63,520 nt of DNA, filler included, from Stramenopiles sp. TOSAG23-3 (GCA_900128585.1; 37 parts of 37 records of this genome joined end to end with filler, not necessarily neighbours in it), one strand, 5' to 3'. Shown: positions 33,971 through 46,408, counted from the first letter of the whole stretch. Notes: a model not told the origin generated them from the letters alone. Translations and numbers: made by a program.

Positions 33971-34378
33971 TCAAGAGTATGACACACAGATGCATTTTTT
34001 ACTTGTACTACAATTCGCACCATCGGCACTAAAATCACCGTCAGTTCCAAAATTTATAAATATATCATTACCATCAAAATAAGATCCTACAGGGTCATTA
34101 TTTGTCTCCCGTGAAAAGGCCCCATTATATGTAAAACCTAAGGCTGAAGCTCCGGAGAATAGCTGATCCAAAGTGATGGCCTTGAATTTCCCATCGTCGG
34201 AACACTTTCCAGAAGCACACTCATGAAAGCTTCGTGCTGTAGTAGAAATTACAACAAAGCCATGCAGATAATTTCTACCAGCCTCCCAACTTGAGCTACT
34301 CAATCCAGCTTTATAAGATCCGCCGCCGCCGCCGCCGCCATAGTCGTCACCGCCACCACCACCAGAGTAGAAGTCATT
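33971..34378 (-). CDS. Gly-rich domain C-terminus plus Cys-rich tail; fragment, last exon or pseudogene
   Basis: GGGGGDDYGGGGGGSY...G.N..HGFVVI then CSTSKKCICV; in-frame TAA immediately upstream. Confidence 0.45.
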   Translation of the reverse strand, partial: NDFYSGGGGGDDYGGGGGGGSYKAGLSSSSWEAGRNYLHGFVVISTTARSFHECASGKCSDDGKFKAITLDQLFSGASALGFTYNGAFSRETNNDPVGSYFDGNDIFINFGTDGDFSADGANCSTSKKCICVSYS

Positions 34379-34497
34379 TTAATCGGACAGTGNNNNNNNN
34401 NNNNNNNNNNNNNNNNNNNNNNNNNNNNNNNNNNNNTTAATTAATTAANNNNNNNNNNNNNNNNNNNNNNNNNNNNNNNNNNNNNNNNNNNNTATTA

Positions 34498-34585
34498 TAC
34501 CGGTAGGTACCCGGTACAGGTACAGGTTTTTTCCAGGGTACGGTACCCGGTACCCGGTACCCTGGGTACCCTGGGTACCCGGTAC
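34498..34585. repeat. Palindromic GGTACC(C)-rich low-complexity tract
   Basis: About ten GTAC cores in ~90 bp. Confidence 0.8.
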
Positions 34586-34952
34586 AATAATATATGGATC
34601 AATAATAAAGAAGTAATAATAATAATATAAAGAAAGAAAAAGACTTTGTTCTTTATTAAAATGTGCTGAATCTTTTTAGTTATGGTACTACCTCTTAACG
34701 GAACGATGACATAAACACACCATTTAACACATAGGCATATCATAGGGCAGGTTCCCTTCTTATATTCGATGATGAGTAAAAAATGGATTCAAGGAGTTGC
34801 TTGCTTCTTCGTCGTATATATTTTCCGATTTTCCTCTTTCTGGCTTTCACATTTTTTGATTTACAACAGGCGAAAGTATTAATAATAACACAAAATAAAA
34901 CAACCCCATCGTTTAACTAACGCAAACTATACCCGCACATCTGTAACACACC

Positions 34953-35690
34953 ATGAAGCCCTCCACGATAGCAACAATTATCGCAGCAGCGTGCGCCATC
35001 TTCGCGAGTCCGACCGAAGCAAGGTTGGGAACGCGCCACAACCACCATAATGGAGTCGCAGTGGAGTTTCGTAGCAATGGTAATCACGTACATACGTATA
35101 CACGGAATGGGAAAGTAACCAACAGAGTGGCGTTTCTTGGCAATGGTAATCAAGTACATACGTATACACGGAATGGGAAAGTAACCAACAGAGTTGTGTT
35201 TCCGTCAGCAAGGGACGAGATCGATGATGAAGGTCACAACTTTGTCGCTAATGATTATTATGCTAGTAAATATGGTGGACAAAGGTACGCGGAAAATCCA
35301 AATGATGAAGAAGTTGGCTCAGCATCACACAAGAGAAGGGTTGAGAATTGCAAAAAAGTATGTATGTATGCTCAACATAGACACCACCGTGGGAAGTGTT
35401 TGACAAAATGCAACCGCATACGATACGGTCTTTCTGGGACCGTGGAGCGGGACTACTCGGGCTATTATTTATCCTCTGACGAAGCCGTAGATTTCGGGCC
35501 ACATGATGAAGAAGTTGGCTCAAGAAGGGTTGAGAATTGCAAAAAAGTATGTATGTATGCTCAACATAGACACCGCCGTGGGACGTGTTTGGCAAAATGC
35601 AACCGCATACGATACGGCCCTTCTGGGAACATAGAGCAGAACTACTCGGGCTATTATTTATCAGAATCAGGGTATCAGGGTAGGTTGTAG
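34953..35690 (+). CDS. Secreted multi-peptide precursor with two 22-aa repeats and two CX3C-X11-CX3C modules
   Basis: Signal peptide; 66-nt repeat at 35074/35140; ~200-nt repeat at 35302/35503. Confidence 0.8.
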   Translation: MKPSTIATIIAAACAIFASPTEARLGTRHNHHNGVAVEFRSNGNHVHTYTRNGKVTNRVAFLGNGNQVHTYTRNGKVTNRVVFPSARDEIDDEGHNFVANDYYASKYGGQRYAENPNDEEVGSASHKRRVENCKKVCMYAQHRHHRGKCLTKCNRIRYGLSGTVERDYSGYYLSSDEAVDFGPHDEEVGSRRVENCKKVCMYAQHRHRRGTCLAKCNRIRYGPSGNIEQNYSGYYLSESGYQGRL

Positions 35691-35698
35691 CAGGTACA

Positions 35699-35922
35699 TT
35701 TAAAATAAGAAAAATTGGCTGTTATCTTTTATAGTAATTAAAATTAAAGAAAAAAGAAGGTGTCAGTTCAAGAACAATATTTCCTCCCCTTCTACATGAT
35801 CAAGCGAATATCTGAGAACAAACACTTCGCTACCCAAGTGTTCTGGTCAAGATTCCAATTGATTGGTCTTAAAAGTACACAGCGGCATAAATGTTTTAAA
35901 TAACAGCCAATTTTCTTGTTTT
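35699..35922. mobile_element. MITE-like family A element with both inverted termini
   Basis: AAAATAAGAAAAATTGGCTGTTAT ... ATAACAGCCAATTTTCTTGTTTT; interior shared with the 5000-5095 copy. Confidence 0.72.
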
Positions 35923-37224
35923 CGAATGTTTTAAAAGGGCTCGTTGTCTGAAGCTAATAAATTTTAAATTAAAAAATTAAAACATCAAGATCGGATTAGG
36001 GTTGGAACTGAAATCGTAATTGATATAAAAAGAAGACTCCGCCGACGTCGGCACCGTTGCCAAGCAAGTCGCGACCAAACACTCGCTCTTGGTCAAGCAA
36101 ATGACACGATNNNNNNNNNNNNNNNNNNNNNNNNNNNNNNNNNNNNNNNNNNNNTTAATTAATTAANNNNNNNNNNNNNNNNNNNNNNNNNNNNNNNNNN
36201 NNNNNNNNNNACCCTAATCCTATCTCGATTTTTTATCTTTTAATTTGATTTTTAGTTTCATCTCGTCGTGGTGAATGGTTATTAGTCATAAGAATAATAA
36301 TGACTCATTTTTTGTTCTATGGTTACAAGTACTATAACTATGTAATGTTAAAATATTTCGTAAACCTCCATTGGTCATAAAAAAACCAGGACTAGGCAAT
36401 TTTTTACATCTAGTAGGCAGTAAAGTTTTCGACCAATCAGTAAATTGAGATGCAAAATTTCGTAATTAAAGTAAATAATAATTGTAATACAGTTCTAATT
36501 TAATAGTGCTGTTTGTATGTAGTAAAATAAATATGCTCATATTCAAAATGCGATAAAACTTTTGACCAAATCTGAAGCCATATTATTTATGACTATTCTA
36601 AATATATAAAACAAAAACAAGAGAGTAGGAGAATGCTTTACAATATATAATACTACGAAACGGATCCATTCTTTATTGGAATTAAGGTACAAAAGTACCC
36701 TCAGAATTGATATTTATCAGTTCGTCATAATTAGTGTCTACTATAATATTATGTGACAGAAGTGAAACTATAAAATATTATTCCTTACTTTGTGATATTC
36801 TTTTATCATCGTATTCTTTCAATTTCTTTTTGCCTATTAGTTAATTGTTATTTCTTCGTCTACGAGGATTCGCTTCGTTATTCTCCTATTCGTTTGATTT
36901 ATTTTATTAAAGTTGCTTCACCATTCATTAATCTAGTATTAATACATTATAAATTAAAAATTAATATGCAAATAATATGGCACATGCCATGATGCCAGGC
37001 AAAAAAAAAAAGAAGAGGAAACAAAGGAAATAACAAAATTGAAGCGTTCAAAAGGTTTGTAAGATTTAGCTCTTAGTTGTTGGTTCGGATGCTCAGGTGT
37101 CGATAAAACAATCGAAAATTTTAAAATCCATGAGAAAAGAGAGCTGACGTTTATGAAAAAGAGATTTCAGCAGTCGCGAAGAAAGGATATTGGAAGAAAG
37201 GCAATCCAGTTCAGGCGTATTAAA

Positions 37225-37828
37225 ATGATGAGGCATTTCATCGTTCTTACGTGTATCTGTGCTGTTCTGCAGTCTACGGCAAGCACAAGGGTCTTATCAA
37301 ATGCTGGAGATAATTATTGTCCGTTCGATAAAACTGCAGACAATTCACCATGCGTAGCAACAGAATGTATGCATTCAAAAATAAATACACCCGAATGCAA
37401 AACGGTCGTTGAAGCATACTGTAGTAAATACAAGGATAATGCATCGAATATCAGCCGTGTTGACGCTGGTTGCGTCCAAATCTCCAAAACAGTTAACAGC
37501 ACTGGTAACGAAACTCAGTGCCCATTCTCAAACAAGGATCAAGAATCTCCGTGCCAGGCTTCTCAATGCGAGGGCGGAAAAAGTACTTCTTCTACGTGCA
37601 AATTGTACACAGTAGAATACTGTAGACGAAAGTATTCTAAAGTTTCTCCTAGTAAAGATGATTTCGGTTGCATGTTTTTTACCTCCAAATCGGTCGCTTC
37701 GACAACATCATCTATGATCACCGAAACGACTGTGGCTCCGGCAGATATTTGTCCATTCAAAAACTCATGGAATTCACCTTGTGGGCACGAGGCGTGTCTC
37801 CTAGACATAAACTCGATTGATTGTAAAG
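37225..37828 (+). CDS. Secreted protein with tandem Cys-rich repeats (3' partial)
   Basis: Signal peptide; CPF..SPC..C..CK..V..YC..D.GC repeated at least 2.5 times. Confidence 0.75.
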
Positions 37829-37928
37829 NNNNNNNNNNNNNNNNNNNNNNNNNNNNNNNNNNNNNNNNNNNNTTAATTAATTAANNNNNNNNNNNNNNNN
37901 NNNNNNNNNNNNNNNNNNNNNNNNNNNN

Positions 37929-39288
37929 CGGCGCGGACGACGACGAGGGGGACTGGGAGGGAGACGCAATGCAGCAAGTACGAAGGTCCCAGAACGAACG
38001 CCAGAGGGCCCAAGACGCCCGGTCCCACGCAAGTCGTGGCGATCGAAATATCAAAAGCTTCGACAAAACCACGAAGGCGGTGAAGAATTATGCTTGGCAA
38101 GACGACGGGGGCGACATCTTTGCCGACCCGAACAGTGGCTTTGACGAGGACTTGAACAACATCTTGGAATTCCACCCACCCATGCCGAAGGGAGACTCTT
38201 CGGCCTTGAACAAAGAGCTCAGTGCGCTGGGACTTGATGGGCTTCAGGACGACCAGTTCTTTGCAAAGCAGAAGGCAGCGCCGAAGCGGCGGGGGAACGA
38301 GCGGGCGGGGAGTGGGGGAAAGCGCAGGCCGCAGCGGAAGTTGATGCAGCTGAACGAGGTCGGGTCGTACGAGTATGGGGCCCATGGGGCCCTGGTCCCG
38401 GAGGGCACGGTGCATGAGACGCCTCTGTCGCCCCTCTCCCGGTTCATAAAGCACAGCGACTCCCAGGAGTTCAAAGCGTACCAGCAGAGCCAGGCGGTGG
38501 CGGACGATTACCCGAACATGTCGCCCGCGCCGATCACCCGGTACAGGAGAGGGAACCAGCAGCAACCCCACCGAGGGGGGGGGGGGCGAAACAGCGAGCT
38601 GAACCGGGTCACCGCAGCGGAGCAAAAGATAATGCAAGAGCTTGCTGGCCTGGACCAAAAGCTCGAAGTAAACCGGCGAAAGAACCTGAAGAGTACGCAC
38701 AGCGAGCCCGCGAGGCGTTCTAGGCCACGGATGGTCCAACGGTCCGTTCCAGTAGCCACCGCCTCTATGGGAAAACGACCACAGGGAGGTATGTACGGTG
38801 GTGTTGGTTTCGGCGGTGCCCCGTCCTCGCAGATGATGACCCAGAGCCCAGGCGGGAAATGGTACCAGGGGCAGTTTTCCCAGCACCCCCCGCAGCAGCA
38901 GCAGCAATACCCTTACCATCGCAAGGGTGCTCCCGCGCCTTACAACCCCCCGAAAGCCGGGGTCCAGAACCCCACTGCCAGCGCCATGGCGAACAATATG
39001 TACGGCTACGTTCCTTCCTACGGGAATGGCCCGACGGCCCCCGTGTTTCACGAGGGCGTCGCGTATTACTACCCGCCACAGCAGCAGCAGCAGCCGCCAG
39101 GAATTGGCGGAGGGGGTGTTCCCTACCCCCAATTCGGGGGCAACAACAATCCCAACGGGCAATCATTTTTCGGGCAGGCCGCGTCGCGTAACCTTGCCCA
39201 GCCCAAGCAGCAGTTTTCCAGCGCGAGGACGAATCAAGTGTACCTGGGTAACCAACCCGGTGGAGGGTTGGGTGGGGGGCAGTACTGA
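37929..39288 (+). CDS. Hypothetical protein with Q/P/G/Y-rich low-complexity C-terminus (5' partial)
   Basis: ORF of more than 439 aa with GC3-rich codons. Confidence 0.7.
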
Positions 39289-39682
39289 GGACTGAGGGCA
39301 GAGGGAAAGCATTGCAGATTACGCAGGGTAAGAGTACCGAATAACATTTTTACTAGATTTTGCATTGTCATATCACTGAAGAGTTATCTTACAATTCCGA
39401 CATGATTATTTACACGCACTCGCATCACACCTCCGGTTGTAAGCCGCTTCCTCCTTTCCTCCCCCATTTTTATCTTTCACTTCATTCGGGCTTTGCTTCA
39501 GGCTTCGCTTCCCCCAGCTTCGCGCCAGCGAAAACGACTAGGACCNNNNNNNNNNNNNNNNNNNNNNNNNNNNNNNNNNNNNNNNNNNNTTAATTAATTA
39601 ANNNNNNNNNNNNNNNNNNNNNNNNNNNNNNNNNNNNNNNNNNNNAAAAACTGGTGTGGCATTTCTCTGATCAACCAGATAT

Positions 39683-39972
39683 TTAAAAATCAAAAAATTG
39701 GCTGTTATTTATAAGTAATATATTGAGGAAGATAAATTTTAATTACTTAAAAAAAAACAAATTATAGACTAGTGTTTGATTTTTTAATTTTCGTTTTTTA
39801 ATTTCGTTTCGTTGATTGTCAATCACTGACTTTTTAAATATTAATAAAGCCAAATTTTTTGTATTTCATTTAAGAAACTAGTCTAAACAAAATTACAAAA
39901 CCAAGTTAGTATTAGGGTATGAGGAAGCTAAATTTAATTACTTAAATAACAGCCAATTTTCTTGCTTTTTAA
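39683..39972. mobile_element. MITE-like element (family A TIRs, different interior), followed by two extra TIR copies up to 40027
   Basis: TTAAAAATCAAAAAATTGGCTGTTATTT ... AAATAACAGCCAATTTTCTTGCTTTTTAA; interior end matches 25920-26000 and 6221-6278 (reverse). Confidence 0.7.
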
Positions 39973-40170
39973 TTTTTATTACTTAAATAATAACAGCCAA
40001 TAATTTTTTGTTTTTAATAACAGCCAATACCACACTTGGGAGGCTGGGTAAAAGTTTTGAGAATTTCTCGCGACGAAACGCTAGCTTTGTACCACGGAGT
40101 GGGGGGGGGGGGTGAATACCGAACGAAACATTATCTCCTCTTCTGTCCCTGTTGCGTGTTGTGTCCCCTT

Positions 40171-40671
40171 TCAAACTCTTAGAATTCCTTTTGTGCTGTG
40201 TTTGTCTATAAAACGAAGACTTCGGTTAGTCACATTTGTATCAAAAAGCTCCACTACAGCACTGTCCCTTGCGCAAATACTACCCCCTTCCCTCGCATGG
40301 TTTAGTGTAAATAAACAAAATGTTGCTATTAGTTTTCCATGGTTGCCTAAATACACCGACCCTCCATAGCTGCCTTCGCCACTGGCCAACTGTATGTTCG
40401 CACCAGTCAACTTAATCCATCTTAAACTAAGGGTGTGATAATCTGTTACAATAAAATGTCGTTTCATTCGCGCTGCTTTCATGACAGTAAGCCCTGGCCG
40501 TCCAAAAATCGTTAAGTTGTTCGTAATGGTAACGGCATCGGTCATGTCACAGTCGTCCGTCCGGTTGTACGTCCCAAAAGTCGCGGAGCAGTCCCACTCC
40601 GTCGTTTGCACACCCACCGTGCCGAACGCAACGATAAAAAAGAAAGTCTTGAGCTTAAATAAAATTGTCAT
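40171..40671 (-). CDS. Secreted pectin-lyase-like / polymorphic-adhesin-like beta-helix protein, N-terminal part only
   Basis: Signal peptide, RHFIV, LTG, GGSVY, CLF..N.A.EGGSI. Confidence 0.55.
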   Translation of the reverse strand: MTILFKLKTFFFIVAFGTVGVQTTEWDCSATFGTYNRTDDCDMTDAVTITNNLTIFGRPGLTVMKAARMKRHFIVTDYHTLSLRWIKLTGANIQLASGEGSYGGSVYLGNHGKLIATFCLFTLNHAREGGSICARDSAVVELFDTNVTNRSLRFIDKHSTKGILRV

Positions 40672-41441
40672 GGCGGTTTTGGAATTGTTTTGAAGACTTT
40701 GTAAAATAATCTGGAAGGCTTAACAAATTCTGCGAACACTTATAAAATTTTCTCGAATTCATACGTTTTTTCCCTCTCGCGTTGGTCGCATGGCGTGTCG
40801 TCATTCATTCAACTTGGTGACAATCTATTTAGCCTTCTCTCCATATATTTTGAGAGGAGGAGGTGTTATTTGTGGTTGGAGGAAGGATGGAGGACTGACT
40901 ATGTAAGTACCGGTAGTAGAGTAAGGGGAAGAATATGAATACAATATATTGTGAGTTTTTGTATTTTGAAAAGTTTGTACTTGTATTCCTCATACTAATA
41001 GTCTAATTGTATATTTATAGGGAATTCACGCGGTTGAAATTTTAAAACGTTTAGCATGGTACAGCATCGGAAATCTTTTTTATTTATTTTATTAGAGGCG
41101 GAGTTAAGCAGACATAATACGAGGCTATCGAGCACGGGCGCACGGGCTGGGCTATAAGAGAAGTGCTGTGCCATGATATAAAATATTAATACTTCTAGCA
41201 TACTTTATATAGTATCTAGACTAGTTACTCCCTCTATTTAAATTCTATAAAGATCGTTACTCNNNNNNNNNNNNNNNNNNNNNNNNNNNNNNNNNNNNNN
41301 NNNNNNTTAATTAATTAANNNNNNNNNNNNNNNNNNNNNNNNNNNNNNNNNNNNNNNNNNNNTTCGTGAATAACATACACTCTCCCATTTACTCGAAGGC
41401 GGCTTTGCAAGGAGCGAACGATTTTTCCACGATCACCGATG

Positions 41442-42978
41442 CAGATACGATGATGCTGGTGACTCGCACGAGAAGTTTTTGTTGAAGCATGTATTCGGGG
41501 GATTTGGGTTGTTTGGGATCATTGTTGAGTTGAAGTTGAGAACGTTACCAAATTATAGTATTCTCGCCGACACGATCGTCTGTCCGATTGGCGAGTTCCC
41601 ACGCCTATATGAAAGTATTTTGAGCGATGAAGGCCGTGGTTCTACCATTGATGGTGGCGAAAACCAAGCCCATATTTGCGTGAAATTGGCACGGTTTAAT
41701 ATTATAACGTGCGAGACGGTCCAAATATTTCTGTTTCGCCGTCGGGGCGTTGTTCCGTCCGTTTCGCAGCTAACAAAAACCAATACGTCCGCGCCCAGAC
41801 GCATGAGTATGGTATCCCAGCTTCTGTACAAATGGTTAATGCCTGCAATGCTTGACGTTCGTTTCCAAATGGAAGAGCATACCGCGTCTGCGATGGATTG
41901 GAGCGACAGCTTTACCTGCAATGAATTACTGTTCGAGTCCGCAGAGCCCCTCGCGAGGCTTGCAGAGCCACTCTTTCAAGCCGACGACACCTTTATTCTT
42001 CAGGAGTATTTTGTTCCTGTGGAGAATGTCTTGCAGTGGATCCAACTGGCAAAGCCCATATTCAAAGACGTTTCGGCAAACTCTACACCTGTAGACGGCA
42101 CACGTGTGATATTGCTCAACACTACAATCCGCGTCGTTAATGCGGACCACCTCACAGCTTTGCCGTACAGTCCGAAAAAGACGTATGCGTTTGTGCTGTA
42201 CTATCGCTTGTGTAGGAACGAGGAGAGCGTGAACTACCTTCGTAGCTTCTGCCAACGTTTTATTGATGTTACGTTGCAGTGCGAGGGTCGGTTTTATCTG
42301 CCGTACCTGCATCATTACTCGACAGAGCAGCTCTTACAAAGTTACCCGGAATGGCCCGAGTTCATAAAGGCAAAGGAAAAACTGGATCCTGCTGGGCTCT
42401 TTGACAGCGGTTGGTTTCAAGAATACGGTTTAGCCTTCACAAGTGAGGCTTACCAGGAATTGTTTACAAAGAATCGTTCTGGGCCTTCCGTTTATGAACC
42501 CCTTGCAGATCAGATCGAAGCCGCGGAGGACGTGACTGAACTTATTGCGTCTGTCACCCTCCGGCGCGATAATTCGCTTCGAAAATTAATGAATTGTGTC
42601 CGCACCCGGTCTGCTTTCTTTAGTGAATTTATGGTAAACGTATTCAATGTAACAGACCACCATAAAGTGGAAAGTGTATTGAGTCGATGCTGCTGGAATC
42701 CGAGGCTAAAGAACGACAATGATATCTATTCGGAGTTCAAACGCATTCTCGACAAGGATTTAAGTGGCAACTTAAACAAAGTGAAGAAAGGCTGGCGACA
42801 GTTAAAACAACTGTCGGACCAAAAAACTGAGTTTACTGATGAGATCGTGCGCATTATGACACGCCTAGGAAAACTCGGGCATATCCAAGACATTTGTACC
42901 ATCGGTGATCGTGGAAAAATCGTTCGCTCCTTGCAAAGCCGCCTTCGAGTAAATGGGAGAGTGTATGTTATTCACGAA
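41442..42978 (+). CDS. FAD-linked oxidase (ALO/GULO-like) C-terminal region fused to a further, possibly methyltransferase-like, domain (partial)
   Basis: GGFGLFGII, ILQEYFVP, GRFYLPY, K..LDP.GLF; later IGDRGK segment. Confidence 0.8.
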
Positions 42979-43078
42979 NNNNNNNNNNNNNNNNNNNNNN
43001 NNNNNNNNNNNNNNNNNNNNNNTTAATTAATTAANNNNNNNNNNNNNNNNNNNNNNNNNNNNNNNNNNNNNNNNNNNN

Positions 43079-43618
43079 GGGTCGGACGTTTTAAAGGACA
43101 GATTGTCTCACCCGGTTGTCCAAGTAAGCTGGAACGATGCAACAAAATTTTGTGAATGGAAAAAAGGCCGTCTGCCCACAGAAAAGGAATGGGAAAAGGC
43201 AGCCCGCGGGGGTAAGCAGGATCGAATGTTCCCTTGGGGAAACAAGTTTATGCCACGAGACGAACACAGATGTAATATTTGGCAAGGAACTTTCCCGGTG
43301 ACAAACACCAAAGATGATGGGTACTCTTGGACGGCACCTGTAGACGCGTTTGGGCCGCAAAATAACTTTGGGTTTTACAACATGGTTGGGAATGTGTGGG
43401 AATGGACATCGGATAAATGGAATCTAAAGGTCCCTACGCACCAGAACCCGGCCGCAGAAGACCCAAATGCGGAAACAAACGAGAAGACAAAGCGTGGTGG
43501 GTCTTTTCTGTGCCACAAATCGTACTGTTTTCGATACAGGGTGGTCTCTAGATCACACAATACGGCCGACTCTGCAAGTTCGAACTTGGGGTTTCGCTGC
43601 GCACGTGATGTAAAATAA
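43079..43618 (+). CDS. SUMF1: Formylglycine-generating enzyme (5' partial)
   Basis: HPVVQVSWNDA, RLPTEKEWE, GNVWEW, RGGSFLCHKSYCFRYR, GFRCA. Confidence 0.93.
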   Translation, partial: GSDVLKDRLSHPVVQVSWNDATKFCEWKKGRLPTEKEWEKAARGGKQDRMFPWGNKFMPRDEHRCNIWQGTFPVTNTKDDGYSWTAPVDAFGPQNNFGFYNMVGNVWEWTSDKWNLKVPTHQNPAAEDPNAETNEKTKRGGSFLCHKSYCFRYRVVSRSHNTADSASSNLGFRCARDVK

Positions 43619-43923
43619 AAACGAGACAACAAGCGGTTCTAATCAGTTTCACATCTCTTAGTATCCTTAGTAGAATTGTTCTTCAAAAAAAAGAAATATG
43701 GTGGCTGTTATAAATTATCTCTAAAAAGTGGTAATATTCGTAACCGTATATTGTTCTTTCGCACACTGATAAAGCTATTTTACAAGAATTTAATGACGAT
43801 GATTAATAAAAATTTAATTTACACTCTACACTACCAATTAAAATAACAGCCAATTTTTTGTTTTTTTAAATGATGTGGGGTGATGGGGTACAAAATACTA
43901 AGGAGAGGCATTTCGTGTCCCCA

Positions 43924-44615
43924 CTAATTTTGTTTTGGCCAACCTGTGTTAACAAAACAATCTTGGATCAAATGTAGGTGTTGCCGCAGGGTCTTTAGAC
44001 CACCGTCGTCCTTCGCCATACTGGAATTTTCGCTCAAATCGGCGTGGAGAACCACTTGCGCGAGGCGTTCGCCGTTCTTGTGTAGCCTAATCCAAATGTC
44101 GCCCATTTGGGTGCAGACGACTCGGAGGCCGTGTGGTTGTCCACCCTTGCGTCCCTCCTCGATGACATTTGCTTTATATTGGTAGCGGATGACCCCGTGC
44201 GGTCTCCCAGTGGTGTTGCACCTACCTCCACTCACTGGGCGCTCATTTTTTTCCCCAGGAAACGGAACATTAGCCTTGAACGAGTGCACGAACTTCGTGT
44301 CTCCGCACCAGGTCGCGTCTTCATCTCCCACCAACGCCAGGAACTTCGCGTGAAGCGACAGCTGGCGCCTCCGGCAGAATACGTCATACTTTTTCGCAGC
44401 AGTCGCGTGCAGATCGGGGACGCCGCCCGGAGCGCTCCTGAAGTTGGCAATGGTTTTGCCGAGCACGGTGGTGGCAGAGGCGAACCCTGGAGGAGCACTT
44501 CTCTTCCCGCCCGCAGCGTCAACTCCGTTGGGTGTGGCACCCGCAGAAGCCTCCATATTCAATCCAGACGTCCTCGTGGCATTTCTGGCTAACTGGACTA
44601 ATCTTTGTCTTGGTG
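43924..44615 (-). CDS. Hypothetical protein (the first 18 codons in the ORF track are artefactual)
   Basis: Long open frame convergent with SUMF1. Confidence 0.55.
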
Positions 44616-45583
44616 ATTCACAAAATTTTGTTGCATCGTTCCAGCTTACTTGGACAACCGGGTGAGACAATCTGTCCTTTAAAACGTCCGACCCNNNNNN
44701 NNNNNNNNNNNNNNNNNNNNNNNNNNNNNNNNNNNNNNTTAATTAATTAANNNNNNNNNNNNNNNNNNNNNNNNNNNNNNNNNNNNNNNNNNNNCTGAAA
44801 GGTTGGATTCTAAAATTGTTGTTCTGTGTGCTGTACAAAGCTCAGTTGTTTTCGGGGACAAAAGTTTTCTTAAATCGCTGAGCGCAGTTATATTGGAATG
44901 CCTTGTGTTTGAAGTGCTGGCCCAATCATGCATGCAGGTGTCATCTCGTTGTTGCTAAACATGATTAAGTTGTCATTAATGCATGTTGGTAACTTCGTAA
45001 TATACGAGGAGTAGTATAGTAAACTGAAAAAAACACTTTTTGTGTTTTAATATATGCTTCAGTTCCAGTCCATCACTCATAATAATAAAATAGTACTAAA
45101 TAGACTAATAAGTTTCTAATAATAATATTTTTAACTATAGTTAAGTACATAGACACAGCAACAACAAAATTCCATAATTGGAGATATTTTTTATTTTAAA
45201 TTATTTTTTTTATAAAATGATAATGGTGTGTCCTTGTATATATGACAGACTACAATTTTTTATTTTTTCGCGATTCTTTATTATTTTTTCAATGGTTTCT
45301 ATGCTGCGTTTATGTTATTTATTTTAGGAAATATTTTTATTTTTTTTTTGATGGACGACGACACTCCTCAAAAAATAAAAGATACGTGATCGTCCGTCCC
45401 TTCTTTTTTTCTTCTTTTAGGATGGTTGGGTTCTATACATAAACTTTATAATGAATCGAATATACATGTATTCAAGTAAGAAACTTAAACAAAGAAAACG
45501 GGTAGAAATGAAAAGAACCATGGCTGAAACATATTGTTCGAATCTTGTTGTTGTGGTTTACATTTTCGTGAATAAATAAAATT

Positions 45584-46408
45584 ATGTCGTCGGAGAAAGT
45601 GCCGGGGTTTATCCCGATGCGTCAGCCGATTGACGTTGCCAAAGCCGGTTCGTACTTGAAGCAACTTGGGATTCCGAATTTTTACGCCGACAATTTGGAA
45701 ATACGGCAAGCGAACAATGGCATGTCGAACCCTACGTATTTATTGTGGTGCTCCGACCATCCGGGGTCAAAGCGTATTATTATTCGGAAGAAACCGCCAG
45801 GAAAATTGCTGCCGGGGGCCCACCAAGTTGAAAGGGAATACCGTATTATGAAAGCCCTGTCGCACTCAAAAGTCCCCGTGCCCGCAGTGTACGACCTCTG
45901 CGAAGACATCACTGTGCTGGGGCAAGTTTTTTACGTCATGGATTATGTCCCAGGGCGGGTGTTGAGCGACGACAAGATGCCGGAGATGACCCCCCTTCAG
46001 CGCGCCCAGGTGTACAGCCAATTGAACGAGATCATGGCAGAGTTGCACAACCTGGACTTTGAAAAGATCGGGCTGGGACGGCACGGGAAGCGTGGAAATT
46101 ATGCAAAACGGCAAATAAAAACTTGGGGGAGACAGTTTAGGCTGGGCTGCCCGGCAGTAGAAAAGTTTAAGGACAAGCACAAAGACGCTTCAGCAGTCCA
46201 CAACAGTGCCGCAAAGATGGAGGCGCTGATTGCAAAGTTAGACCTTTTGGCAGACCACAGTCCGGACGAAACGAAAATTGTGCACGGTGATTTTCGATTG
46301 GGAAACGTTATCTTGCACCCTGTGGAACCGCGGATAGTTGCCGTGCTGGACTGGGAAATCTCGACACTCGGCCACCCGCTTGTGGACATGGCGTACTTGA
46401 TGCGTCCG
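45584..46408 (+). CDS. APH-family phosphotransferase, ACAD10/11 N-terminal-like (3' partial)
   Basis: [45 protein letters not shown]. Confidence 0.93.

Noticed and set aside
37873-39162. 429-aa minus-strand ORF and similar long antisense ORFs (4118, 14375, 46814, 57619)
   Set aside because: Shadow frames of GC3-rich genes on the opposite strand
41363-42978. Perfect terminal inverted repeat (41363-41441 vs 42900-42978) suggesting a linear element
   Set aside because: Exactly 79 bp, copied from inside a CDS and flush with contig ends; the next contig shows the same length, pointing to a k-mer or amplification-chimera artefact
43079-44694. Terminal inverted repeat (43079-43157 vs 44616-44694) giving two ORFs the same N-terminus (apparent invertible or shufflon-like system)
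   Set aside because: Again exactly 79 bp of SUMF1 coding sequence at the contig ends; artefact is the simpler explanation
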